Assembly (NCBI GenBank): GCA_016207165.1
Contig: JACQQD010000008.1
Coordinates: forward strand, 64,001 to 128,000
Length of the DNA stretch: 64,000 bases
Origin: Candidatus Micrarchaeota archaeon
GTDB taxonomy: Archaea > Micrarchaeota > Micrarchaeia > Norongarragalinales > Norongarragalinaceae
Reading direction: 5' to 3'
In this document: in pieces, positions 26,225 to 36,572 of the stretch
How positions within the stretch are numbered: position 1 is the first letter of the stretch
Layout: each line of letters begins with the position of its first letter
Notes under the pieces: generated by a model
Seen by the model: the letters and a program-made list of their open reading frames with translations, nothing else
What the model was told of the DNA's origin: nothing
Databases searched by the model: none
Translations under genes and position numbers: made by a program

Positions 26225-29200
26225 ATGGGCTTCTATGAGTCACTGGAGGAGGGTTATTACTCCTTCATGGATTCCCTGGAGGACCGGGGCATCAAGGTCT
26301 ACGAGTTCTTCATCAATCCCGTGGAATCCCACGGCATTCCTTCCTTTCCACTTTTTTCCCTCATTATACTGCTGTTGATCGGCGGCGCCGCGTTTTTGGC
26401 GTTCTCCGCTCTTTCCGGCGGCGGAGCGAATTTGTCGGTTCAAGTCGTGGACGCGCAAGGAAACACGTTGGACAACGTCATCGTTCAACTCGCTGTAGGC
26501 GACGACGTTCGGCGGGCAAAAACTTCGGGGGGCGTGGCCACCTTTTCAGGCATCCCGCACGGCCAAAGCCTGACGGTCAGCATCAACGAGGAGGGCTTCA
26601 AGCCGTACACCAACTCGTTTTCCATTGAAGGCGGCAAAGCCGCGGACTCCGTGCGCGTCACCTTGGAGTCCGCGAAAGCCAACGAACTGTTCTTGTTTGT
26701 TTCCGACGACTCCGGTTTTCCCGTGAGTTTAGCCGACGTCCGCTTTACGGATCCCAAGACCGGGGAACTGGTGTCCGCGCAAACCGACGCCCAAGGCAAG
26801 GTTTCCTTGCGTTATGCCTCGGCCACCGACATCCTCAACGTGCGCGTCACGCGCGATGGCTACCAGGCCACCACGCAGTCGTGTTTTGCCAGCCAGTCCT
26901 CGTGCGAAGCCATTCTGTCCTCGACTACTGGCGGAGGCGGCGGTGGAGGCGGGGGCGGAACCACGCCGCCGCGCGAGAAAGCCGGCATCCGCGTGGAAGT
27001 CTTGGACCAAAACGGCGACGGCGTGGACGCCAAAGTCGTGCTTTTCCACGGTTTTTCCGGCGAGCGCATCACTGACGCCTACACGGATTCGTTGGGTGTC
27101 GCGTTCTTCTCGGATGCCGTGGACTTGGGCACCGACGTCTACGTGTCTGTTGACCCTTCTTCCGACGGCTTCCAGTCCTTTTCTTCGGAAGTCAAGACCA
27201 CGACTCGTTCTACCGAGTTCTTCATCCAGTTGCGTCCCGCGACGCCCGTCCCTCCAGGAGGCACCAACTTCGAGCGCGTGTCGTTCAAAGTCGTGGACGC
27301 CGACAAGAAGCCTGTTGAAAATGCCTTGGTGAAGTTGTATTTTTCCCAGCCGCCCTTGCGCGCCATTGGCGAATCGTACACCGACTCTTCTGGCGACGTC
27401 GCCTTTGACGTGGCGGCCAACGTCCGCGTGTACGCCACCGTTTTTGCTTCCGGCTTTTTACCGCTTCGCTCCAAGGCGCTGACCGGAGGCGAGTTCACGC
27501 AACTGGTTTTGACTTCCCTGAAAATCGGCAACCACGGGTCCTTGACGGTCAATGTCCAGGACGAGACCGGCGCGCCAATCAGTTTCGCGTCCGTGACTCT
27601 TTCCACGCACGACGGATTCGCGTTGGGCGTGCCCAGCCAGGAAACCCTGTCCGACGGCTCCGCGCTTTTTGAAGGATTGCCCTTGGAGCGAGTAAAAGCG
27701 TTGGCGGTTTTCGGAGCCCAGAAGGGCCAAAGCGACATCGCGGAACTTGGCGTGGAACCCAAGGAAATCACGGTGGTGCTTCAACCCGCCCAGGCCTTCG
27801 TATCCGCCACGGTTTTGGATGCCGTGACCAAACAGAAAATTCCCGCGACGGTGACGGCGTACAAGTTCCAAGGCGATGGCGTGATTGGCTCCTGCCAGAC
27901 GGAAGGCAATTCCTGCGTCATTGAAGTGCCAGCGGACCGCGAAATCTATTTGGTGTCCAACGCGTCCGGTTACGGGTCCTTGACCGGAGAGGAGTTCCAG
28001 GTCTTGCCGGACCAAACCGTTTCCAAAGTCGCTTCCTTGCTTCCCAATTCCTTGACGGACGAACTGCGGATTCTGGACGTGCGGTTGGAGGATCTCAACG
28101 GCCAAAGCGTTTCCCTGTTGGACCAAAACCTCAACGTTCAAGTCAACCGCGGCGACTATTACCACGTCTTGTTGTCGGCGAACCTGCCTTCCTCTGCGCA
28201 GAAAGCCGGCACGCACATGCGCATCGGCGAATTGGCGGACGTTTCGGAAGAGAAAACGCGCATCGTGGACTACAGCAAGCCCGCCACCGCCGAAGTCGTG
28301 AAAGCAACCGGCTTTAACCCCGGGCCTTCCTGTGCCCAAGACTTGGGTGACCAAAACGGGCCGGTCAAGTGGGTGGAACACGGTTTCACGGAGTTTGGTG
28401 CCAAGACGGTGCGCGCCACCGTCTTTGTGGACCCATCGGCGACCAAAGACGACGAACTGGTTGTCTCGTACCGCGTGTACGCCAAGGCCGGCGACGTTTA
28501 CTTGCGTCAGCCCGACGACCCGCGTTATGAGGGATTGGAGAAAACCGCTTCCCTGGATTCCTGTTACGCGCAGACGGTGACGGTCCGCATCCCCATTACC
28601 GAAGGCCGCAGCACCTGCAACGATGACGCGTGTCTGTCGGCGTTGTTCTACACAGAAACCGCGTCCGCGGCCAACGGGTTGCGCGTGGACTTGGATCAAC
28701 CCTTTGCCGCCGCCGTGGGAATCCGCTCCTTTACGACCCTTGACGCGCCGTTCTTGCGCGTGAAAACCGATCCGTCGCTTCAAGTCTTGGGCTATGATTT
28801 CGGCAGCGGCTTTACCACCACTTCCGGCCAGGAAGTCACCATCCCGCTTTCATTCTTCCAGCGCACCCAAGGCAACCTCACGTTCAAGCCCATCATTCCC
28901 ACTCAGAACGCCCGCGTTTCCTTTGCATTCGGCGACGCGTCCGGCTCCATCGTCGAGGCGCAACGCTTTGTCGTGGTGCAGGGCACCGGGCAATTCAACG
29001 TGGCCGGCCAGCCCCTCGAGTTGCTGGCGCAGCAACGCAACACGTTGACCGTCAGCGTGCTTTCCCAGAACGGCCAGGCCGTCACCGACGCGAAGTTGAC
29101 GTTCAAGGAAGTCCAGGGTTCGGCGTTCAACGGTTTCCCCAACGGGCCGGAGACCTTGTTGGGCGACAATTCCGAAGGCCGCGGAAAAGACGGAACCTAT

Positions 29201-32200
29201 CGTTTTGAACAATTGCGCCCCGAATCCGTTGGATCCATCGCCGTGGACGTCGAGCGCGACGGCTTTGCACCCTCGTCATTGGATTTAGTCGTTTCCAGTG
29301 ACGAGCCGTTGTCCTTCAGCCAGGATCCGACTTTAATTGATCTTTCATGCGACGAACCCACGCGCCTCGGCGTTTCCTCGGCCATTGAATCCAAGTTGCG
29401 CGTGGCCGCCAGCTTCTCGGGGACGGCTTGCGCCAACCTCCAGGTTTTAGGTTCCGGCACCGGCGATTCGGCGTCCTTTGACGTCAAACCCGGCAAAGAC
29501 ACGACCATCATCATCGACCCGAAAATCAACGGCCAATGCTTGCTGGTCTTCAACGCGGAAACGCCATCCGGCCAGGCGCTGGGCACGCAAGAGGCCTGGC
29601 TGTCCGCGGACTGCGAAAAATTGGGTGGAGGCGACGGATCCGTCAACGCGTCCCCCACGCCTCCGGCTACTCTGCAAGGCACGTGCGCCGCCCAAGGCGG
29701 GCAATGCGTGCCCTCCGGCCAGCGCTGTCCCTCCGGGTTTGTGTCTTCCGATTACAACACCCTTCAAAGCCAGTACCCCAACCCCTACACCGGCCCCACT
29801 CCGACGCCCCAACCCGGCTCCCAGGCGGTCTGCACCGATGGCCAAACGTGTTGCAAGCCCGTGGACCAAGTATGCCAGCCGCCGATTTACAACTTCCAAA
29901 ACATTTTAGCCAAGTACCTCGGCTATTACGCCGGCGTGCAGACGCTGTCCAACTACCCGCAACAAGTCACCTCCGCTTCCGCTCCCATCCGCTTGGCGGC
30001 CACCCCCCAAGGCGTGGTGGTCACGGATCCAGGAAAGTGCCAACGCGCCGGAAACGGCTTGACGTGCACGAAACCCGTTTACGCGATTCTGCCCACCAAC
30101 GCCTTGGCTTTCTCCGTCGAAAACCAGTTGTTCGCTGATACCACCGTGCTTTTGTCCAACTCCGCGGAAACCTGTTTCTCCGTCGAGGAAGTCGGCCAGA
30201 AATCCGGGTTTTACAGCGTCTTGGGCAACGTCCGCAACCAACTGCAATCCGGCGCTTCCCTGCTCACTCGCCAGACGCGCACCTACGTGATTACGTTCCG
30301 CCCCACGCCCCAATGCGTCGCCTATTCGTTGGACGAAAACGGCGCGGCGACCCTGTCGTTGACGGAGGCCGCCAAGTCGGGTGCCCAGGTTGCGGTTCGG
30401 ACTTCATCGGGAATTGCCGGCACGCAGTTCATCTTGAACTTCCAAGTCGCGCCCAAGAAAGTGCCAGCCGACCAGTACGCCTTCATTGCCATGCCCACCG
30501 GCGAGGTGGCGGCCCGCGGCGACGCCTCGTATTCCTTCGAAGAACCCGCGGTCTTCGTCAACAACCTGCAAGCCACCGAAGGCTTGGGCGTGGACGTGTC
30601 CGGCAAATCCGTTCCTTCCAAACTCACCATCGCGCCGACGTCCTACACGCCGGCGATTTTGCGCTTCAAGAAATCCGAGGCCCCGGACGTCAACGCGGTT
30701 TTAGGCAACTCCAACACCAAAGTCAACCTCAAGTTCACGGTGGTCGACGCGCCCACTGGCCTGGACGGGTATGACGTGGTGGGCAACACTGGAGCTGTCG
30801 GCGAAGGATTCCTGCAATGCTCGCGCACCGGTTATTGCACGCCGGACCAAGTCAAAAAAGTCACCGACGCCATCCGGAATGATTTGGATGCGTTTGCCGG
30901 GGAATACGTGGCCAATGTCGACACGTTGGCCTACGAGAACGCCGTGTCCGGCACGCAACAAATCTACCAGCAAGCCTTCCAAGACGCCCTCCGCGAATAC
31001 CTGGCTTTGCGCTCCCAGTACGACGCCTGCGTGCGGTCGGGCCAGGACCCGCTTCGAGGCACCAACCAATACTGCCAGCAAAACAGCGGCCAGGCCCCCA
31101 TTTACCCGTACGCGCAGGGATTGCCTGGAGTGTACGGTCCCCAAGGCTTCTACCAGAACCCCTATTCCGGCGGCGCCGGCAGCTATCCGGGTTCTTACCC
31201 CGGCGCAGGCGTCAACCCATACCAGCAAGGCTACAACCCCTACCAATCCAACTTTTACCCCGGCCAAGGCTACTATCCTTCTTACGTATCCAACCCGCAA
31301 ACCCAGCAAAGCCTGACTGGAGCTTTCGGCGACGGATGGATGAACGCCGGCTGTAACTCCGACATCTTGAACGCCTTCCAACTCCAAGGCCAAGTGGGAT
31401 TGAACCAATTCAACCCCGTCCAACAACAATACATGCAATCCGCACGGTACTCGCAAGGCGTTTTCAGCCAACGCGAACCCGTCCTATCCAACCTCCAACC
31501 CAAAATCATCGTGCCCATCAAGGAAGCCGGGCCCCAAGGCGGAATCAAACTGTACACCTTCACCGCCGATTTAAGCAAATCCAGCCCCACCGGAGAAGGC
31601 GGCTTTACTGTCATTGACCGAATCAGCTCTGGAACCCTTCAAGCCGGCTACTTGACGCTGCCCTACCACCAGCGGCCCGCCACGGAACTGCCCTCCGGCG
31701 ATTCCGGTCAAGAAAAAATCTCCGGCTTCCCGTACCTGGAGAAAGACAAGGCGAGCACCACCTACAAACTCAAAAACTGGGGCACGACCACCAGCGTGAC
31801 GGTACCCTCCGGAACCCAGACCCACCTCGTCGTCGAGAAAACCCAGGCTCAAGCCGGTAGCCAAAGTACAGCGGGCGTCGGACCGGCTGGCGTGGCTCCA
31901 GGTCAACCCGGTGCAACGGGTTCCGGAGTCACCGGAAACGGCGGAGCGTCGGCAACCGGAAAGCCAGTCATCGTTGTATACGACGGTGAAATCGACGTGG
32001 AGCCCTCCGAATTATCGCGTGCAATTCGCTTCAGCATCCAAACTCCTACGAGTTCTACTTCCATTGAGGATGCGTTTGACGTGCTGTATTTGAACATTTA
32101 CAATCCAAAGACTGGAACGCAAAAAGCCGCGACCGCGCGAATATGCAAGACCAACACGCAATCCTACAACCTTGGCTGCGACTTGTCTGTTCAAGCTTAC

Positions 32201-32521
32201 TCGTCTGCGTCATTTTATGCTGTGGCTACAGGAACTTGGCTCATCAACCTGGACTACATCGACAAAACCGGCAAGCTCCAGAAATCCACGACTCCGCCCA
32301 GCGTAAACATCCAAGTCAAGCAAGCCACGGCCAGCAGCGAATACATTTTCTACGACCCGCAGCCGACAGAGGCTTTCCGGGTGGGACTTTCCGAAAGCGT
32401 CCGTGTTCGCATTCAAGGATTTAAGTACGATTCAGCCGGTCAATTGGTTTATGAATTTACTTCCAACGAAGCCACGTACGAAATCGCAATTCCAAGTGTC
32501 ACCGAGGTAAAAACATCATGA
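26225..32521 (+). CDS. Giant membrane-anchored surface protein (2098 aa), paralogue of 20939-25702
   Basis: Same N-terminal motif and beta repeats; defensin-like Cys cluster; Q/Y/G/P-rich segment. Confidence 0.88.
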   Translation: MGFYESLEEGYYSFMDSLEDRGIKVYEFFINPVESHGIPSFPLFSLIILLLIGGAAFLAFSALSGGGANLSVQVVDAQGNTLDNVIVQLAVGDDVRRAKTSGGVATFSGIPHGQSLTVSINEEGFKPYTNSFSIEGGKAADSVRVTLESAKANELFLFVSDDSGFPVSLADVRFTDPKTGELVSAQTDAQGKVSLRYASATDILNVRVTRDGYQATTQSCFASQSSCEAILSSTTGGGGGGGGGGTTPPREKAGIRVEVLDQNGDGVDAKVVLFHGFSGERITDAYTDSLGVAFFSDAVDLGTDVYVSVDPSSDGFQSFSSEVKTTTRSTEFFIQLRPATPVPPGGTNFERVSFKVVDADKKPVENALVKLYFSQPPLRAIGESYTDSSGDVAFDVAANVRVYATVFASGFLPLRSKALTGGEFTQLVLTSLKIGNHGSLTVNVQDETGAPISFASVTLSTHDGFALGVPSQETLSDGSALFEGLPLERVKALAVFGAQKGQSDIAELGVEPKEITVVLQPAQAFVSATVLDAVTKQKIPATVTAYKFQGDGVIGSCQTEGNSCVIEVPADREIYLVSNASGYGSLTGEEFQVLPDQTVSKVASLLPNSLTDELRILDVRLEDLNGQSVSLLDQNLNVQVNRGDYYHVLLSANLPSSAQKAGTHMRIGELADVSEEKTRIVDYSKPATAEVVKATGFNPGPSCAQDLGDQNGPVKWVEHGFTEFGAKTVRATVFVDPSATKDDELVVSYRVYAKAGDVYLRQPDDPRYEGLEKTASLDSCYAQTVTVRIPITEGRSTCNDDACLSALFYTETASAANGLRVDLDQPFAAAVGIRSFTTLDAPFLRVKTDPSLQVLGYDFGSGFTTTSGQEVTIPLSFFQRTQGNLTFKPIIPTQNARVSFAFGDASGSIVEAQRFVVVQGTGQFNVAGQPLELLAQQRNTLTVSVLSQNGQAVTDAKLTFKEVQGSAFNGFPNGPETLLGDNSEGRGKDGTYRFEQLRPESVGSIAVDVERDGFAPSSLDLVVSSDEPLSFSQDPTLIDLSCDEPTRLGVSSAIESKLRVAASFSGTACANLQVLGSGTGDSASFDVKPGKDTTIIIDPKINGQCLLVFNAETPSGQALGTQEAWLSADCEKLGGGDGSVNASPTPPATLQGTCAAQGGQCVPSGQRCPSGFVSSDYNTLQSQYPNPYTGPTPTPQPGSQAVCTDGQTCCKPVDQVCQPPIYNFQNILAKYLGYYAGVQTLSNYPQQVTSASAPIRLAATPQGVVVTDPGKCQRAGNGLTCTKPVYAILPTNALAFSVENQLFADTTVLLSNSAETCFSVEEVGQKSGFYSVLGNVRNQLQSGASLLTRQTRTYVITFRPTPQCVAYSLDENGAATLSLTEAAKSGAQVAVRTSSGIAGTQFILNFQVAPKKVPADQYAFIAMPTGEVAARGDASYSFEEPAVFVNNLQATEGLGVDVSGKSVPSKLTIAPTSYTPAILRFKKSEAPDVNAVLGNSNTKVNLKFTVVDAPTGLDGYDVVGNTGAVGEGFLQCSRTGYCTPDQVKKVTDAIRNDLDAFAGEYVANVDTLAYENAVSGTQQIYQQAFQDALREYLALRSQYDACVRSGQDPLRGTNQYCQQNSGQAPIYPYAQGLPGVYGPQGFYQNPYSGGAGSYPGSYPGAGVNPYQQGYNPYQSNFYPGQGYYPSYVSNPQTQQSLTGAFGDGWMNAGCNSDILNAFQLQGQVGLNQFNPVQQQYMQSARYSQGVFSQREPVLSNLQPKIIVPIKEAGPQGGIKLYTFTADLSKSSPTGEGGFTVIDRISSGTLQAGYLTLPYHQRPATELPSGDSGQEKISGFPYLEKDKASTTYKLKNWGTTTSVTVPSGTQTHLVVEKTQAQAGSQSTAGVGPAGVAPGQPGATGSGVTGNGGASATGKPVIVVYDGEIDVEPSELSRAIRFSIQTPTSSTSIEDAFDVLYLNIYNPKTGTQKAATARICKTNTQSYNLGCDLSVQAYSSASFYAVATGTWLINLDYIDKTGKLQKSTTPPSVNIQVKQATASSEYIFYDPQPTEAFRVGLSESVRVRIQGFKYDSAGQLVYEFTSNEATYEIAIPSVTEVKTS

Positions 32522-32554
32522 CCGTGTCCTTGGCTCCAAGCGAGGTATTCGTCC

Positions 32555-35005
32555 GTGCCCTCCAATAACGTTTTTCTGGGTTTCGCCTTCGTCGTCTTGG
32601 TTGGAGCCGCATTCTTTGTGGCGGGCCCCGACCGCGTGATTTCGGGCTTGGTCGTCGGCAAGGAACTGAACTTTGACGGCCCTACGTTGGTCAAACCCGA
32701 CAACGTTTTTCCCCCAGGAAAAAACGACGTTTGCGATGGTGGCCTTTACTATCTTTTCGGGACGTATGATTCACTGGTGAATACGCCAGACGGGCGAGTC
32801 TTTAGCCGCGTTGGTGACGTGGACGGAACCAAGCTGGGCAGCTGTTACCAACTGGCTTCCAGTGGCTCGTCCTCCACCCAATTGGAAGAAGCGGCTCCTG
32901 CCCCCGCACCCGCTGCTGCCGGTACAGTTGCAACCGATTCAACCACTGCTGCCAAAGTCTCCACTTCCGGCTTGACGCTGTACACCATGAACAAGTACGG
33001 GTTTTACCAGCGGGGCGGGGACCAAGTCCAACCCTCCAAAGACCTTGAAGGTTTTGCCGCGTTTTTGAATGAAAAGCGGGGCGGCGACGCATCCATCAAG
33101 GAAGATATTTTGGTTACCAGTTCGGCGGGGTGCGAGGCTTCGTCCACCGGTGCGTGCCAGCACACCAAGGGCGCCGGTTTCACCCTCAAGTTGATTCCAG
33201 GCCAGGGCGGTGCGTCCGGCGAATTGTTCATCGCCATCCACAATCCGGTGGCCAAAGCGACTTCAGCAAAGACTGAAGCGGAAACAACCATTCAGTTGAG
33301 TCCTGTCGCTGAGGACCTTGAATTCGCAGAACAACCCTGCGGAGGATTGTATAATCGACCTGGACTAACCGAACTTACGGGACCTGATTATTGCAGCGGC
33401 ATTAACGTAGGGAATCAGTGTACTCGCACGGATGGACAACCGGGAATCTGCATAAATCAAAACGCCGAACTTGATTCTCAGTCACGCGCTTTCTGCATAT
33501 GCGATGCTATTGGTTTGCAGTCCATCGGTGCATCTGGGAATCCTGCTTCCGGCGGTTCGGGAGCGGCTTCAGCACCGGCTGAACCCGTTGAAGTGCAAGC
33601 AGACAAGACTCCCGATTTTTCTTCCGCCGTGATGCTGGTCTTGCAGTCCTTGATGCGCGAGGAAACGGACTTGAAGCCGCTCAAGGCCGCGTTTGACCAG
33701 AAGAAATGCGAGGTCAAGTCCAGCACGCCGCTGGAACTCTCCGTCACGTGTACGGCGGACTTCAAGTTGTCCACCGCGGCCACGCCTCCCGCCAATCCCG
33801 TGGAACAAGGCAAGGGCGTGCGCATCGACAAGCTGTACTCGCCGGGCTCCTCCTTTGAAACCAATCTCGAGGTTGATGCGAAGACTGGAAAACTTTACTT
33901 GGAGTTTTCGTTGGAGCAGGCCTGCGCGAAAAAAGACGAGTGCCAGTATTCTTTGAAGATTGGAACGGTGGACGTCATCGTGAAAAAGGCGTTGCCGGAA
34001 AGTGCGAACCTGGTCCGCAAAATCGTTTACGTTGATTCGAAAGGCAAGGAAGCCGTGCAAAAACTCAAGGAAACCGACACCAAAGCCGTTCTGACCGTCT
34101 ACCGCAAGGACGCCGAAAACAAGGACGTCCAGTTTGAAGCGGAAGCCACCGTGAAAGTCTTGCCGAAACCAAAGCCTGAAACGCCACAGCCTCCTGTTGG
34201 AACCGAGCCTCCCGCTCTCGCAAACCCCCAGCCGCCTCCGACGGGTGGCGGCCCTGGAACCGCGGGGTTGACGGGTGACTCGTTGTGCACGGGTGGCACT
34301 CCAGCGGGCGTTTGCATTGACACCAACACGCAAACGTGTTCCACCACTTTGCTAGACAACCGTTGTTCAGGCGGAAACAACAAGAAGTGTTGCACGGGCA
34401 CGGTTTCATCCAAGGCCGGTGGCGGGGGTCCTCAGACGGCGAACGCCTGCAAAGACGGCGGTAATCAATGCGTTGCGGCTTCAAGCGTTCAAAGTGGCGC
34501 AGTAACTTGTTCTAGCCAACCGGCGCTTTCAGGTTGTGCAAGGGGCGAACTTTGTTGCAAAGTGGAATCCGCTCCGGGGGCCCCTGCGCCTAAGCCTGCA
34601 ATTGAAGGTCAGGCGTGCGTGGGTGGTTCTACCGGGACTACAGGTACGTGCGTTCAATGGAATCTCTGCGATCAATCAACTTACAAACGGGAATTGGCAG
34701 GTTCTGGCACGTCTTGTAGCGCGAATTACGTTTGTTGCACTCTTTTGGAGAGCCAATCTTGCCCCCAATATGGCAGATCTGCTTGCTTAGCTCTCGCAAC
34801 GAAGGGTGTTTGCACTTGGCACCCATACTATGAATGCAAATGCACGAACGAAATTCGTACTAGTTCTTTTGGTTTTGGTACTTCCGAATGGTGTGAATCC
34901 AGATCCAGTTGGGGTCTTTCGTGTCAGGCAGTGCTTGTCGATCCAACTGGTGCAGGCGTTTGTGGCCCGCCTGGAGTTGCTGTAGTTCAAGCCAAACCCG
35001 GTTAG
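32555..35005 (+). CDS. Membrane-anchored protein (816 aa) with Cys-rich C-terminal repeats
   Basis: SD GAGGT and GTG start; N-terminal TM; three or more C..G.C...C...C...CC units. Confidence 0.82.
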   Translation: MPSNNVFLGFAFVVLVGAAFFVAGPDRVISGLVVGKELNFDGPTLVKPDNVFPPGKNDVCDGGLYYLFGTYDSLVNTPDGRVFSRVGDVDGTKLGSCYQLASSGSSSTQLEEAAPAPAPAAAGTVATDSTTAAKVSTSGLTLYTMNKYGFYQRGGDQVQPSKDLEGFAAFLNEKRGGDASIKEDILVTSSAGCEASSTGACQHTKGAGFTLKLIPGQGGASGELFIAIHNPVAKATSAKTEAETTIQLSPVAEDLEFAEQPCGGLYNRPGLTELTGPDYCSGINVGNQCTRTDGQPGICINQNAELDSQSRAFCICDAIGLQSIGASGNPASGGSGAASAPAEPVEVQADKTPDFSSAVMLVLQSLMREETDLKPLKAAFDQKKCEVKSSTPLELSVTCTADFKLSTAATPPANPVEQGKGVRIDKLYSPGSSFETNLEVDAKTGKLYLEFSLEQACAKKDECQYSLKIGTVDVIVKKALPESANLVRKIVYVDSKGKEAVQKLKETDTKAVLTVYRKDAENKDVQFEAEATVKVLPKPKPETPQPPVGTEPPALANPQPPPTGGGPGTAGLTGDSLCTGGTPAGVCIDTNTQTCSTTLLDNRCSGGNNKKCCTGTVSSKAGGGGPQTANACKDGGNQCVAASSVQSGAVTCSSQPALSGCARGELCCKVESAPGAPAPKPAIEGQACVGGSTGTTGTCVQWNLCDQSTYKRELAGSGTSCSANYVCCTLLESQSCPQYGRSACLALATKGVCTWHPYYECKCTNEIRTSSFGFGTSEWCESRSSWGLSCQAVLVDPTGAGVCGPPGVAVVQAKPG

Positions 35006-35042
35006 AGTCCTGGTTTTGGATGACGGGGTTGGACGGGTTTTC

Positions 35043-35070
35043 GGATTTCGCTGACGAGCACGGCTTGCCG
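35043..35070 (+). repeat. 28-bp direct repeat, orphan copy of the giant gene's 5' end
   Basis: GGATTTCGCTGACGAGCACGGCTTGCCG is identical to 36593-36620; follows an in-frame ATG at 35020 (MTGLDGFSDFADEHGLP). Confidence 0.9.
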
Positions 35071-35113
35071 GCTGAATTTCCTGGGTGCGGAGCTCGTTTT
35101 TTGGGAAGGGTGG

Positions 35114-35740
35114 TCAGGCGCTCTGTTTTTTGATTTTTTCGAGGGATTGGGCCTTGAATTTCTTGAAGGAGTGCACGTTTTGGCCGACGTATTTCAGGTC
35201 GTCGGGGTCAAAGGTTTTCACGAGGGAAACCAAGTCTCTTTGGAAATCGTCGAGCCCGTTTTTCTTCAATTGTTTTTTGTAGGTTTGAAGGTCAAAGGGC
35301 GCGTGCATCAAGAGCGTGAGGATGTCGATTTCGTCTTTGCGGCCTTTGACGGAGTCTTTCCGGTCTCGCCAGGCGCCAAGCTTTAGGATGAGGAGGGTTT
35401 CGGGTGAGGCCACAGAAAAGCCCTCGATTTTTTGGGCGTGGCGGGTGATGGTAGTCGGAGGCAACGTCAGCGTGGAGTAGTGCGCCACGTAGATGTCGAT
35501 GTCGAAGAATTCGTGCTTGATTTCGTATTTCTTGAGTCGGTCGTTCTTTTGGATGGGATGCGTTTTTTTGAGTTGGTAAATAGTTTCGTCGCTGACGACG
35601 ATGTCGATGTCCTTGGATTTGTGTTGGCGCGTCCACAAGTACACGGCCCAGCCGCCAATCAGGGTGAACGCGAATTGTTTCTGGATTTTTTGGAGGGCGG
35701 TCCAGGACGCGTCGGTGGCGGTTTCAGGCCAGAATTCCAT
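35114..35740 (-). CDS. Nucleotidyltransferase (AbiEii-like type IV TA toxin)
   Basis: LIGGWAV, SKDID, LKL.A..R and KD..D motifs. Confidence 0.8.
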   Translation of the reverse strand: MEFWPETATDASWTALQKIQKQFAFTLIGGWAVYLWTRQHKSKDIDIVVSDETIYQLKKTHPIQKNDRLKKYEIKHEFFDIDIYVAHYSTLTLPPTTITRHAQKIEGFSVASPETLLILKLGAWRDRKDSVKGRKDEIDILTLLMHAPFDLQTYKKQLKKNGLDDFQRDLVSLVKTFDPDDLKYVGQNVHSFKKFKAQSLEKIKKQSA

Positions 35741-36314
35741 GCAGTTTCCCCTCCAAGGCGTTCAGAAAGTCTTTGGCGTACCAGTGGGGCAGGTTCCACA
35801 CGTCGGCGTAGAGGTGCGGGAGGCTGACGGCGTTTTTAGCGGCGGGGATTCCCGAAGGTTTTTCCATGACGAACAAGTTTTTTGGGCCTTGGGCCGGCGG
35901 AAAACGCTTTCTGACTTCGTTTGCGTCCTCTACGTACGCGTAGACTTCGCTGTAATCGGCGGGGACTTGTCCGAAGTGAAGCTTGAATCCCGTGTAGCCG
36001 GTGAAAAGCGTTCCGGCGGGCATGTTTTTCTCGATGTCGCGGGGATTCATGGCGCCGGCCCGCGTACTGTACGCGACGTCTTTTTCGAGGTTGCGGTGGC
36101 TGCACCAGTACCAGAGGATTTTTTTGGCGTCCTGGACGTGGAAGCCTCGGGGACGGATTTGGATGGCGCCGACGCGTTCCAAGGGTTTGAGGGCCGCGTT
36201 GACGGTGGAAAGCGACGCCGGAGAGCGCCGGGCCAGTTCGGCTTGGGTGCCGGTGCTCCGCCCGTTCAACGCATCCTGAAGCAACCATGCCCACGCGCAT
36301 TCGATTCTTTTCAT
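35724..36314 (-). CDS. wHTH transcriptional regulator / AbiEi-like antitoxin
   Basis: TQAELAR...SLSTVN.AL..LE..G HTH; C-terminal VS...LYADVW; overlaps the NTase gene. Confidence 0.8.
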   Translation of the reverse strand: MKRIECAWAWLLQDALNGRSTGTQAELARRSPASLSTVNAALKPLERVGAIQIRPRGFHVQDAKKILWYWCSHRNLEKDVAYSTRAGAMNPRDIEKNMPAGTLFTGYTGFKLHFGQVPADYSEVYAYVEDANEVRKRFPPAQGPKNLFVMEKPSGIPAAKNAVSLPHLYADVWNLPHWYAKDFLNALEGKLHGILA

Positions 36315-36572
36315 CTTTCTAATTTTAAGCACCTTAGTATATAAATATTTCGATAATAGTCGAAAGATTTAATTTTCCTGTTTTTTTTCGTCAAAAGTGG
36401 TCTCAGCGGGCCGGATGCGTGACCGTCAACATGCCGTGGGAGGTGCCGTGTTGGTGATGTTGGACCGAATGCTTGCCAAAGACGCGAAGCTCCACGTGGA
36501 TCTTCTTTTGCTGGATTCTGAGTTAGACGGCTGGCTAACGCCTTTTTATCCGTTTGACGCCTTCTTTTTGCA

